Shown piece by piece: positions 1 to 8,802 of a stretch of DNA of 64,000 bases. The translations under genes were made by a program, and so were the position numbers. The notes under the pieces are model-generated. The model searched no databases, was not told the origin of the DNA, and saw nothing but the letters and a program-made list of their open reading frames with translations. The DNA is from an uncultured archaeon (GTDB taxonomy: Archaea > Thermoplasmatota > Penumbrarchaeia > JASLWR01): positions 248,790 to 312,789 of the forward strand of contig CAYFHS010000002.1 of the NCBI GenBank assembly GCA_964342815.1. The letters run 5' to 3'. The first letter of the stretch is position 1; the number at the start of each line of letters is the position of its first letter.

Positions 1-37
1 ATCTTCCTATCCCCTCAGTACCTTTATTATCAACTTT

Positions 38-310
38 GTGATGGATATGGGAAAGAATAGAATGAAGGATTCGGGCGGAGTTGTAACTCTGAAATACGAC
101 AGCGTTGAGAAGGCCAAAAGCATCTTTGGGGCTGTAGACGTTGATAACAAGGGTTATGTCAGAGCAATACTGGACGGCCAAGAGATTATTTTTCATTGCG
201 AGGGCTGTGAGCCCGGAATACTCAGAAACACTCTCGATGACCTACTTTCGTGTATAGGCATTGCCGAGCGGATGCTTGAATTCCAAAACGACGAATCCAG
301 TGGAAAATAA
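38..310 (+). CDS. hypothetical protein (90 aa)
   Basis: ORF co-oriented with the downstream protease; no recognisable motif. Confidence 0.5.
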   Translation: MMDMGKNRMKDSGGVVTLKYDSVEKAKSIFGAVDVDNKGYVRAILDGQEIIFHCEGCEPGILRNTLDDLLSCIGIAERMLEFQNDESSGK

Positions 311-338
311 ATAATACGCTTCCCGTTATCGATATACC

Positions 339-3300
339 ATGAGAAGGCTCCTGGCGCTCACACTGTTTTGTTTGTTATTCCTATGTCCTCTTTTTTTATT
401 CGTCAGCTCCACCGGTGGGCCGTATATCCCTTCAGACGTAGTCGAACTCCCTTCCGAGAACTGGAAAATCCGAGAAAAATTCAGCATCGCCTTAAAATCC
501 AGGGAAATAACTGAGCAGACGAAACCGATGGACCCCACCCATCTATCAAAGGATAAAACGATACATGTCATTGTCCAATTCGCGAAAATTCCGTCGAAGG
601 ACGAGAGAGAACGTCTTGAAAGTAGTGGAGTAAAGCTATTATCCAGGGGTTATCTTCACACAAATGCGTGGTTTGCTGCCGTATCGACCTCGGCTGCCCC
701 CGGCCTCTTGCTGGATCCAATCGTACTCTGGCTGGGAGAGATCGAACCACTTGACCGCCTTTCCCCGGCTCTGTATGATTACTCCTATGATAAAACATCC
801 GATCCGGAGTGGACTGGCCGCGCGGGGCAGCTTCATCTTTTTGTTAATTTTTTTTCCGACGTTTCACAATATCAGGCATTGGAGGTACTGGCCGGGTACG
901 GGGATACGGTTCGAAAAGGTCGCTGGAGCGACGTTCTTAATGGTATTACGTGCATAATTGACGGCAGCGATGGGAAAATTCTCGCAGGGCTCATGAACGA
1001 GGATATTGTACAGTGGATCGAGCCGGAACCGCTGCCTGTGGGAAATGAAGAGGACCTGGATTATTCCCGCCCCGAGGTGGAGGTGGACCGCATTGCCATG
1101 CCGCCTTACAACCTGAAAGGAAACGGCATCCCGGTAATGATTTACGATTCATCCAATGTCCGGGAAACGCATGTCGGATTCTCTGACAGGGTAAACCTCG
1201 TAGATCCAAAAGGTCCCTCCTCTTTATCTGGCCGCCCTCCCGAGGTGCACACTCACGCCACTGCGGTTGCCGGGATCATCTGTGGTAACGGCGATCCAGT
1301 TCAAAATCGAAATCTCAGCGGAATGGCCCCCGAAGCGGAACTATATTCGTACTGGAAGGTGAACTTCAACTTCTCCGATGGTGAGGGAGCTTTCGGGGAC
1401 GCCATAAATGAACGTAACGTATACGTATCGCACAACTCGTGGGGCATAGTCACCAGAGCCGGGGGTCCAAGCTGCGTTGATCCTATCTATACTGATCACG
1501 ACGGTTTCGCCGATTACGGCAGCAAGTCACGATGGTTCGACGAGGTGGCGTCGGGTTCAATAAATGAGCCTGCCAACGAGAGAATACCATTGATAGTGTT
1601 CTCTGCCGGGAATGAGAGGGATGACCGTGTGGGTGGGACCGATATGAATCATACCGATTACATCAATTTCGGTACCATAAACGTACCAAAGACCGCAAAG
1701 AACGTTCTGGTGGTTGGAGCTACGTATGATGATGACGGAGATCCCGATACAATTCACACCAACGAGCACCGCGGTTACACCGAGCTGTATACCGGCAGCA
1801 ACTGGGGGCCTTGCGATGACGGCAGGCTGAAACCCGAGGTTATGGCCCCTGGAGGAACATACGGAAATTTCCCTGGCCCCGGGGGCGATGACAATATCAA
1901 TACCACCGATGGAAGGGCCGATGACGGGTACCGTGCTTTCATGGCCACGTCAATGGCGGCACCCCATGTTTCGGGCATCGCCGCTCTCCTTGTGGAGGAA
2001 TACCGTAAGGACCACGCCGGGGACCCTGCCGCTTCAACACTGAAAGCCCTTATCATTCACGGAGCAAGGGACATAGTGAATATCTGCTCATCCGGCTCGC
2101 ACCTCGATGGGTACGTTGGCCCGGATTACATGACAGGGTACGGGCAGGTGAGAGCCAAGGCGTCTGCAGATATAATCAAGAATGATGCGGAGCACTCCAC
2201 ATTGATAATCGAGGACGAGATAGATAACGCCGAGGAAATAGAATATAGCGTTCGGGTCGTACCAGGTGCCGAGCGTCTGAAGCAAACCCTTGTATGGAAC
2301 GATTTGGAGGCCGGCACACCCAATGACGGAGCAAAAGAACTCATAAATGACCTGGATATTCTCATCACCGATCCTTCTGGAAACGAAATTTTCCCGTATG
2401 CTCTCGATCCGGCTTTCCCTCTCTCCCAGGCGTCCAGCAATTCATCGGACCGGTTGAACAACGTGGAGCAGGTGGTGGTCGAGAATCCGAACCCCGGTTG
2501 GTGGAGAGTGAAGATCAAGGGATTCTCCATACCGGCCGGCCCCCAGCCTTTCTCACTGGTGTCGGACCTTCCCTTGAGAGTGGAACAGGCTCCCAGGATT
2601 TCACTGCTTTCACCGGACGGCGGTGAGGAATTGAACGGAACAATTCCCATTACCTGGCGGGCCGAAGACCGGAATCGGGATACTCTTACGATAAATATCT
2701 CGGCTAATAACGGAAGCGGCTGGAAGCCTGTTATAAGTAACGAGGAAAACGACGGCATATATTACTGGGATACGAGACTGGTTGAGGATGGTCCCGGATA
2801 CAATATCCGCATTGAGGCCATGGACGATTCAGCTGACCGCCTCACAGGGGAGGATATTTCAAACTATAGTTTCACCATCTACAATCCCGACTCTCCCCAG
2901 ATCACGGTTCTGGCACCCGAGCCTGGTGAAATCAAGGACTTGGTAAATCTAAACTGGACCGTTTATGACCCGGATGGCGACAGCGTTTCCGTGGGTCTCT
3001 ATAGAAGTTCCGATACCATCAACTGGAGCGAGATCGCGAGATACGACGATAATATCGGTTCACACGGTTGGAACACGCGGTTATTCCCGGACGGCACCTG
3101 CTGGTTGAAAGCGAATGCCACCGATTCGTCACCTTATTCACTCACGGGGGAAAGTAAGATACTTGGTCCCTTCACGGTTTATAATCCCGATCCACCGCTG
3201 GTTCGTCTTCTTTCACCCCGGGGGGAGGAGAAGGTTACCGGTCTTACCCCCATTAACTGGAGCGCAACGGACGGGGACAACGACACGCTTTCGATATTCC

Positions 3301-4688
3301 TGTACCTGAAACACGGTTTCATGGGCGATTGGAGACCATTGGAAACCAACTTGCCGAATAACGGGAGCTATATCTGGAACACCACGTTAATGCCCGACGG
3401 CAAGGGTTACTGGCTGCGGCTTGAGGCCGTGGATGATTCTCCGGAGCAGCTGGTGGGAACCGATGATTCCGATTCACCTATTACCATATACAACCCGGAT
3501 CCACCTGAGCTGACAAACCTTACGTTAGCCGGTACGGAGCCGTTAGCCGGTACCGTTGAGATAGAATGGGACCTTTTGGATCCCGACGGAGACCGTGTAT
3601 CCATTGACGTGGCTTGGGGGAACGGAACCGGAGAATGGGTGAATATAACCAGTGGGGAGCGCGATATCGAGAGCTGGGAGTGGGATACAAGCACTGTCAC
3701 GGACGGGGATAATTATAAAATACGCATAACGGCTACGGACCTGTCGGAATATTCCCTACAGGAAGTTGCGCTCAGCGATCTGTTCAGTATCGACAACCCG
3801 GACCCTCCAATCGTTAAGGTGATTTTTCCGGATGGCGGGGAGATAGTGAATGATACTGTTCAGATAAGCTGGATTGCCACCGATGTCGATGGAGATTTGC
3901 TTACGGCTGATGTGGACTATTCCTCTGACGGCAAAAAATGGATCAATATCGTGGAAGATCTGGATTTCACAGATGGCGGTATTCCCGGTAGTTGGTATTA
4001 CAATTGGGATACGCGAGAGCTTCCAGACGGGGAAAATTACCGAATCAGGGTAAAGGTAAAAGACCATTCCCCCTGGGCCCTTGAAACTGAGGATTTTTCT
4101 GAAGGCAGATTTCGAATATACAACCCGGACGCACCGGAGATATTCATCAAGGCATTTTTGGACGGAGAGGTGCTGGCGGGGGAGATTCCCATCATGTGGA
4201 GAGCCGACGACGCTGACCTGGAACTGCTCCTCATAAACATATACATCAGCCCGGACGGTGGAAATAGCTGGGAGCTGATTGCAGAGGACGAGAGGAACGA
4301 CGGGACCTTCATGTGGGATACAACCGGTGTGAATGATGGTACTTACGTAGTAAAATTGACGGCCTACGACGGACTGCTGGGTGCTGAAGACGTTTCCGGT
4401 GAATTTGTGATAAAGAATTTGGAGGATCCGGGCCTGGGGCTTTCACTTGCGGGGGGGCTGATCATTGGATCGGTGCTGGTTCTCCTACTTGGTTGCGGTC
4501 TATTTCTGATGGTTTTGCGGAAGGGAAAGAAAAAGACGGAAGAAACTCTGATTGCCGAAAGCCCCATTCCCAGTGAGCCGTTTGCTGAGGTCGATGCAGC
4601 TCAGATCGATCCTGCACAGGCGAAATCCGTACGTATGAGAGTAGTAAAGAAGAAAATTAGAAATAATACCGGGAACAGTTTACCGTGA
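339..4688 (+). CDS. membrane-anchored subtilisin-like (S8) serine protease with six tandem Ig-like repeats
   Basis: N-terminal signal peptide; catalytic D (IMIYDSS), H (HTHATAVAG) and S (ATSMAAPHVSG); oxyanion N (FSAGNE); NNVEQV/PGWWRV C-terminal beta-domain; six ~100-aa repeats linked by (Y/D)NPDxP; C-terminal TM followed by RKGKKK. Confidence 0.92.
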   Translation: MRRLLALTLFCLLFLCPLFLFVSSTGGPYIPSDVVELPSENWKIREKFSIALKSREITEQTKPMDPTHLSKDKTIHVIVQFAKIPSKDERERLESSGVKLLSRGYLHTNAWFAAVSTSAAPGLLLDPIVLWLGEIEPLDRLSPALYDYSYDKTSDPEWTGRAGQLHLFVNFFSDVSQYQALEVLAGYGDTVRKGRWSDVLNGITCIIDGSDGKILAGLMNEDIVQWIEPEPLPVGNEEDLDYSRPEVEVDRIAMPPYNLKGNGIPVMIYDSSNVRETHVGFSDRVNLVDPKGPSSLSGRPPEVHTHATAVAGIICGNGDPVQNRNLSGMAPEAELYSYWKVNFNFSDGEGAFGDAINERNVYVSHNSWGIVTRAGGPSCVDPIYTDHDGFADYGSKSRWFDEVASGSINEPANERIPLIVFSAGNERDDRVGGTDMNHTDYINFGTINVPKTAKNVLVVGATYDDDGDPDTIHTNEHRGYTELYTGSNWGPCDDGRLKPEVMAPGGTYGNFPGPGGDDNINTTDGRADDGYRAFMATSMAAPHVSGIAALLVEEYRKDHAGDPAASTLKALIIHGARDIVNICSSGSHLDGYVGPDYMTGYGQVRAKASADIIKNDAEHSTLIIEDEIDNAEEIEYSVRVVPGAERLKQTLVWNDLEAGTPNDGAKELINDLDILITDPSGNEIFPYALDPAFPLSQASSNSSDRLNNVEQVVVENPNPGWWRVKIKGFSIPAGPQPFSLVSDLPLRVEQAPRISLLSPDGGEELNGTIPITWRAEDRNRDTLTINISANNGSGWKPVISNEENDGIYYWDTRLVEDGPGYNIRIEAMDDSADRLTGEDISNYSFTIYNPDSPQITVLAPEPGEIKDLVNLNWTVYDPDGDSVSVGLYRSSDTINWSEIARYDDNIGSHGWNTRLFPDGTCWLKANATDSSPYSLTGESKILGPFTVYNPDPPLVRLLSPRGEEKVTGLTPINWSATDGDNDTLSIFLYLKHGFMGDWRPLETNLPNNGSYIWNTTLMPDGKGYWLRLEAVDDSPEQLVGTDDSDSPITIYNPDPPELTNLTLAGTEPLAGTVEIEWDLLDPDGDRVSIDVAWGNGTGEWVNITSGERDIESWEWDTSTVTDGDNYKIRITATDLSEYSLQEVALSDLFSIDNPDPPIVKVIFPDGGEIVNDTVQISWIATDVDGDLLTADVDYSSDGKKWINIVEDLDFTDGGIPGSWYYNWDTRELPDGENYRIRVKVKDHSPWALETEDFSEGRFRIYNPDAPEIFIKAFLDGEVLAGEIPIMWRADDADLELLLINIYISPDGGNSWELIAEDERNDGTFMWDTTGVNDGTYVVKLTAYDGLLGAEDVSGEFVIKNLEDPGLGLSLAGGLIIGSVLVLLLGCGLFLMVLRKGKKKTEETLIAESPIPSEPFAEVDAAQIDPAQAKSVRMRVVKKKIRNNTGNSLP

Positions 4689-4703
4689 AAGTTTCAAGTT
4701 TAC

Positions 4704-5555
4704 TTGGTGAATCAGATGAAAGATATTTTCACCGTCATTATCGCGCTGTCGGCGGTCGCATTGTTGATCGTAGTCCCAATACTCGTATTACAGGACCAGG
4801 GGCCGTCAGAACCGGATAAGACCGATGATACGGATGAGCTGCCCTATGCGTCTCCCCCGGAAAATTACAACTATACCGTGGTGAACACCTTTTCCCATGA
4901 TGTCGATGCTTTTTGCCAGGGATTCGTTTTCCACAACGGTAGCTTTTTCGAAAGTACCGGCCGCTACGGTTCATCCGATATAAGGAAGGTCGAAATGGAC
5001 ACGGGAAATATTCTCATGCAGTACAACCTGTCCGACGAATATTTCGGAGAGGGCATGACAATATTCGAAGACCGGATCATACAGCTGACATGGAAGTCCC
5101 GGATCGGTTTCGTTTACGACCTGGAAACCTTTGAGCGTGAGGATGAGTTTTATTACGCATCGGAAGGCTGGGGCCTGACCCACGACGGCGAGAGATTGAT
5201 AATGAGCGACGGCAGTTCCACCCTGACATTTCTCGATCCCGATTCCTTCGAGGTTCTTGGGAATATACAGGTGAAGGCTGGCGGAGAAAAGATAACCCAG
5301 TTGAATGAGCTGGAGTACGTGGACGGCAAGATACTGGCAAACATCTGGAAATCGGATCGGATCGCAGTCATATCGCCGGAAAACGGTAACGTTACCGGGT
5401 GGATAGACCTTGCAGACCTCCCGGTTGGAAAGGGCGCCACCCCGGCGGACGTGCTGAACGGGATCGCCTATGACGGGACGAACGACAGGCTGTTCGTCAC
5501 CGGGAAACTGTGGCCCCAGGTCTTCGAGATAGTGCTGGACCCGCGTGAGCTTTAA
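4704..5555 (+). CDS. glutaminyl-peptide cyclotransferase (bacterial/plant beta-propeller type), N-terminal membrane anchor
   Basis: QGFVF..FESTGRYG, FGEGMT, QLTWK, EGWGL, MSDGS, LNELE, ANIW, VLNGIAYD and VTGKLWP motifs. Confidence 0.93.
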   Translation: MVNQMKDIFTVIIALSAVALLIVVPILVLQDQGPSEPDKTDDTDELPYASPPENYNYTVVNTFSHDVDAFCQGFVFHNGSFFESTGRYGSSDIRKVEMDTGNILMQYNLSDEYFGEGMTIFEDRIIQLTWKSRIGFVYDLETFEREDEFYYASEGWGLTHDGERLIMSDGSSTLTFLDPDSFEVLGNIQVKAGGEKITQLNELEYVDGKILANIWKSDRIAVISPENGNVTGWIDLADLPVGKGATPADVLNGIAYDGTNDRLFVTGKLWPQVFEIVLDPREL

Positions 5556-5627
5556 AAATGGCTCAGTTTCAGTAAACCTAAGTACTTCATAGTAAAACTG
5601 TAAATAAAGTTTTAATAAACGTAATCC

Positions 5628-6425
5628 ATGAACGGCACAATGGATTCCTTCATCCTCCAGACGGTTTTTCCATTCATCCTCGCGGCTGCGGTTGTGGTGA
5701 TCATCACCGTTATTGCCGAGCGCTACGGGACCAAGGTCGGAGGAATACTTGGTACACTTCCATCTACAATGGTGGTGGCCTTTATATTCATTTACCTCAA
5801 CAAGGGCGCCGACTTCGCGTCCGATGCCGCTGTTGTGATACCGGCCGAGATAGGTATCAATATGCTCTTTTTATTGACCTTCGCCCTGCTGGTAAAGAGG
5901 TCCGTGGCCGGGGCCTTCTCAGCCTCGTTCCTGGTTTGGATGGTACTCACCTCCGTTTTGTATTTATCGGATCTACAAACCATGGCCATCGCGGTTGTAA
6001 TATACGCTTTATCGGTGGGATTTTCCCTGTTCGTCATGGAGGGTCTAGTTAAAATCCGCTCATCGGACCGCGTGCGGATACACTACACTCCGGGCAAGCT
6101 GATACTGAGAGGAATTCTCGCAGGCGTTTTCATAGCCACTGCAGTACTGCTCTCCAACGTCAGCTCTACGCTCAGCGGTATTGTGACAGTGTTCCCGGTG
6201 ATCATTGCATCCGCCATGTTCATAACGGTGAGGGAGCATGGACCTAAATTCGCCGCGGGAATGGCAAAATCCATGAGCTTCGGGACGCCCAGTGTAGTAT
6301 GCTATGCCGTATCCATACATTTTCTGTACCCGGTGTGGGGTCTTCTATGGGGTAGTCTCGCGGCATATGGTTTCTCGACAGCTGTGACGGCGGTACTGTT
6401 CTCGCTAAGGAGCAGGTTATCTTGA
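5628..6425 (+). CDS. integral membrane protein, DUF3147-like (two repeated halves)
   Basis: ~8 hydrophobic segments; GGILGTLPST and SGIVTVFPVI repeats. Confidence 0.65.
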   Translation: MNGTMDSFILQTVFPFILAAAVVVIITVIAERYGTKVGGILGTLPSTMVVAFIFIYLNKGADFASDAAVVIPAEIGINMLFLLTFALLVKRSVAGAFSASFLVWMVLTSVLYLSDLQTMAIAVVIYALSVGFSLFVMEGLVKIRSSDRVRIHYTPGKLILRGILAGVFIATAVLLSNVSSTLSGIVTVFPVIIASAMFITVREHGPKFAAGMAKSMSFGTPSVVCYAVSIHFLYPVWGLLWGSLAAYGFSTAVTAVLFSLRSRLS

Positions 6426-6478
6426 TTTTTTATTTCATAGGGCTTTCATTTTGGCGGCGGGGGTGGAAAAACTATAGA

Positions 6479-6570
6479 GGGCTTGCGAGCCCCAGCCAAA
6501 CGCAAGCCCGAACCAAAATAATAATTATTATCAAAAAATGAGGGCAGAGCCCTCATGGTCGGTACCGACC
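6479..6570. repeat. cluster of GC-rich hairpins/palindromes (REP-like)
   Basis: GGGCTTGCG..CGCAAGCCC (6479-6509), ATAATAATTATTAT palindrome, ATGAGGGC-AGA-GCCCTCAT (6538-6556), GGTCGGTACCGACC (6557-6570). Confidence 0.6.
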
Positions 6571-6712
6571 CGATCGATGGAGTTTGGAAGCTTCTTTATC
6601 TTTATTTCAGTTCAATACTTAAATAGTAAGATGATGTTCATATATTGGATTCAATCAGCTAAAAGAGGGGAGCAATATTCAAAGAAAAAAAGCTGTATTC
6701 ATTGGAATTATA

Positions 6713-8299
6713 TTGGCCTCGATACTCATAATATCATTAGTTGTATACTGGCCGGAAACCCAAGTGGTGAATGTCGAGGAATTCAAGATAGGAGTCTATT
6801 CCGACGGCGAAATAGTGAAATTCAAAGGAAGAGTAATTTCATGTAAATTAATTCAAACTTCTTATGGTAACGCCACGGTAGTTGAGTTTGAAAACCTCGA
6901 TTTTCCTTTCTGTTTTTTGGGAGATCATACACAGAAATACATAGAGGGAAAAGATTGTATCACGAAAGTTAAATTCCATGAATATCAAATCGATGGCGTA
7001 AAACGAGTATTTATCGAAGAAATGATTTTAGGGTGGTATTTAACTATTGAAGAGATCATTCAGGGAGTATCATTTTTTGAAGGAATGGGCCTACTTGGGA
7101 ATGATATAGAAGGAAATGATGATACTTTTAGCCTTCAAGTGAATTCTATTAAATATAACAAGACATATCCCTTAATATATTATGATACTTCACTTAATGA
7201 GATTGCATCAACGAATAGGTTTGAAGACAACGGGAAAAATCTATTTGAAAGTTCAAACTCAGATTCATTTATAGTTAAATTCATTGATCTCATTGGTTCT
7301 GAATACATGGAGCTAATGAGCCTATGCGATTCTGATTACAAATGTACTAAACAAAAGAATGATGAGAGTTATTTGCCCGATAGAATTGATTTAATTGATA
7401 ATGACGGAGATGGAAATTTAAGTTTAGGTGATACCTTTCAGATTGACCTTGCACCAACAGCAGATAAGTATACATTCAATAATTATATTTTTAATGCGGG
7501 AGGAATTACATCCGGAGCGAATGTCATTCTAAACTGGTATAAAGGTCCATTTTTTACTCCTGAACATATGCCATTTTACACTTTGGGATTGGTTAAGGAA
7601 GAAGTTTCCGGTGAAGATTATTCTCATATCATAACGATAGATGAGTGTAATGGAAATCCATTGAATTTAGCGGAAATTAACGTTTATTTGACCGAGGCGG
7701 GTCGCTCACCTAAACGTATCACTAATGAAAAGATATACGATGGGATGAACATTCCCTTGGAATGGATTGGAGATTCATTTTCCGGGGCCTTATTTTCCAT
7801 TCATGATATGAATCAGAACAATTTTCTTGATTCTGGTGATTATTTCCAAATTAATAATCTAAAGAAAAACTTTGCATATGAATTAATGGTCAGAGATAAT
7901 GAGTTCACCCCTATGATAGAAAGTTTGTTCTTAGTTTCCCATGGAATGAATAAATGCAACTTTCCATTGCTTGTTTTAAGTGCACCTAATTATAGTGATG
8001 GAAATATCACTATTGATGTTATCAATATTAATGGGAGTTTCTCATATCTTCCAGATCTATTGATTGAGTTGTCAATACCAGAAAGAGAAATTCAGACTTC
8101 AATCTATGCCGCTGATGAAAGATATCCCGACGATCAAACGATTCGTCTTGCATTTAACGACTCTGATAATAACAGATATCTTACAAAGAATGATTCAATC
8201 GAAATCAATGGTTTGGATGCAAATACCTTTTTTTCTTTGAGGGTTATGTTGTTTGATTTTACGATATATGAATTTAACGGGAATGCCCTATTTGAATAG
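6713..8299 (+). CDS. AT-rich hypothetical membrane-anchored/secreted protein with repeated DxDxNGxLSxGD-like motifs
   Basis: 528-aa ORF; N-terminal hydrophobic anchor that begins upstream of 6713 (KKAVFIGIILASILII), so the true start is uncertain; DNDGDGNLSLGDTF, DMNQNNFLDSGDYF and DSDNNRYLTKND repeats. Confidence 0.75.
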   Translation: MASILIISLVVYWPETQVVNVEEFKIGVYSDGEIVKFKGRVISCKLIQTSYGNATVVEFENLDFPFCFLGDHTQKYIEGKDCITKVKFHEYQIDGVKRVFIEEMILGWYLTIEEIIQGVSFFEGMGLLGNDIEGNDDTFSLQVNSIKYNKTYPLIYYDTSLNEIASTNRFEDNGKNLFESSNSDSFIVKFIDLIGSEYMELMSLCDSDYKCTKQKNDESYLPDRIDLIDNDGDGNLSLGDTFQIDLAPTADKYTFNNYIFNAGGITSGANVILNWYKGPFFTPEHMPFYTLGLVKEEVSGEDYSHIITIDECNGNPLNLAEINVYLTEAGRSPKRITNEKIYDGMNIPLEWIGDSFSGALFSIHDMNQNNFLDSGDYFQINNLKKNFAYELMVRDNEFTPMIESLFLVSHGMNKCNFPLLVLSAPNYSDGNITIDVININGSFSYLPDLLIELSIPEREIQTSIYAADERYPDDQTIRLAFNDSDNNRYLTKNDSIEINGLDANTFFSLRVMLFDFTIYEFNGNALFE

Positions 8300-8361
8300 A
8301 ATTTTGAATTGAAACCGACTGTGCGATCCCAGGATACTTTTATCCCTTCAGGCTTTCTTCC

Positions 8362-8718
8362 TAGAGGGGTTGCGCCCGTTTCACTTCGGCGCATAAGATA
8401 GATAGTCGATGAATCAACATTCATCTGTATCCTCGGCATATATACTTGCGGATACGCCTGATATCTCGGTAAATAGAAATCTCATTATGATATATATTGG
8501 GTCGCCTAGGTCGACCCTGGGCCGTCACGGCCCCTTCGTATATTTTATGTTATTTTTTGGAATCGGGCCTGCGCCCACTACGTTCCGCAATACCTTCGGC
8601 ATTGCTGCGCCCTCGGGATGTAACCCTGCGGGTGTTTCTTACGTCGCCCGTAGGCTCACCAGCCGAGGGCTCAGGGGTATCTTTGATGCCCCGGAGTGAA
8701 ACGGGAGCAGGCCCTCTA
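8362..8718. repeat. ~360-bp structured element bounded by ~40-bp imperfect inverted repeats (MITE/REPIN-like or ncRNA)
   Basis: 8362-8400 pairs with 8678-8718 (3 mismatches, 2 G:T, one 2-nt bulge); several internal nested hairpins. Confidence 0.6.
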
Positions 8719-8802
8719 AAAACCGAAGAGGTATAATCGTATAAATACAAAAAAATCACTACATGAGCTCTGCGTTCCTCGGATGCTTTGAGCTTTCGGA
8801 CT

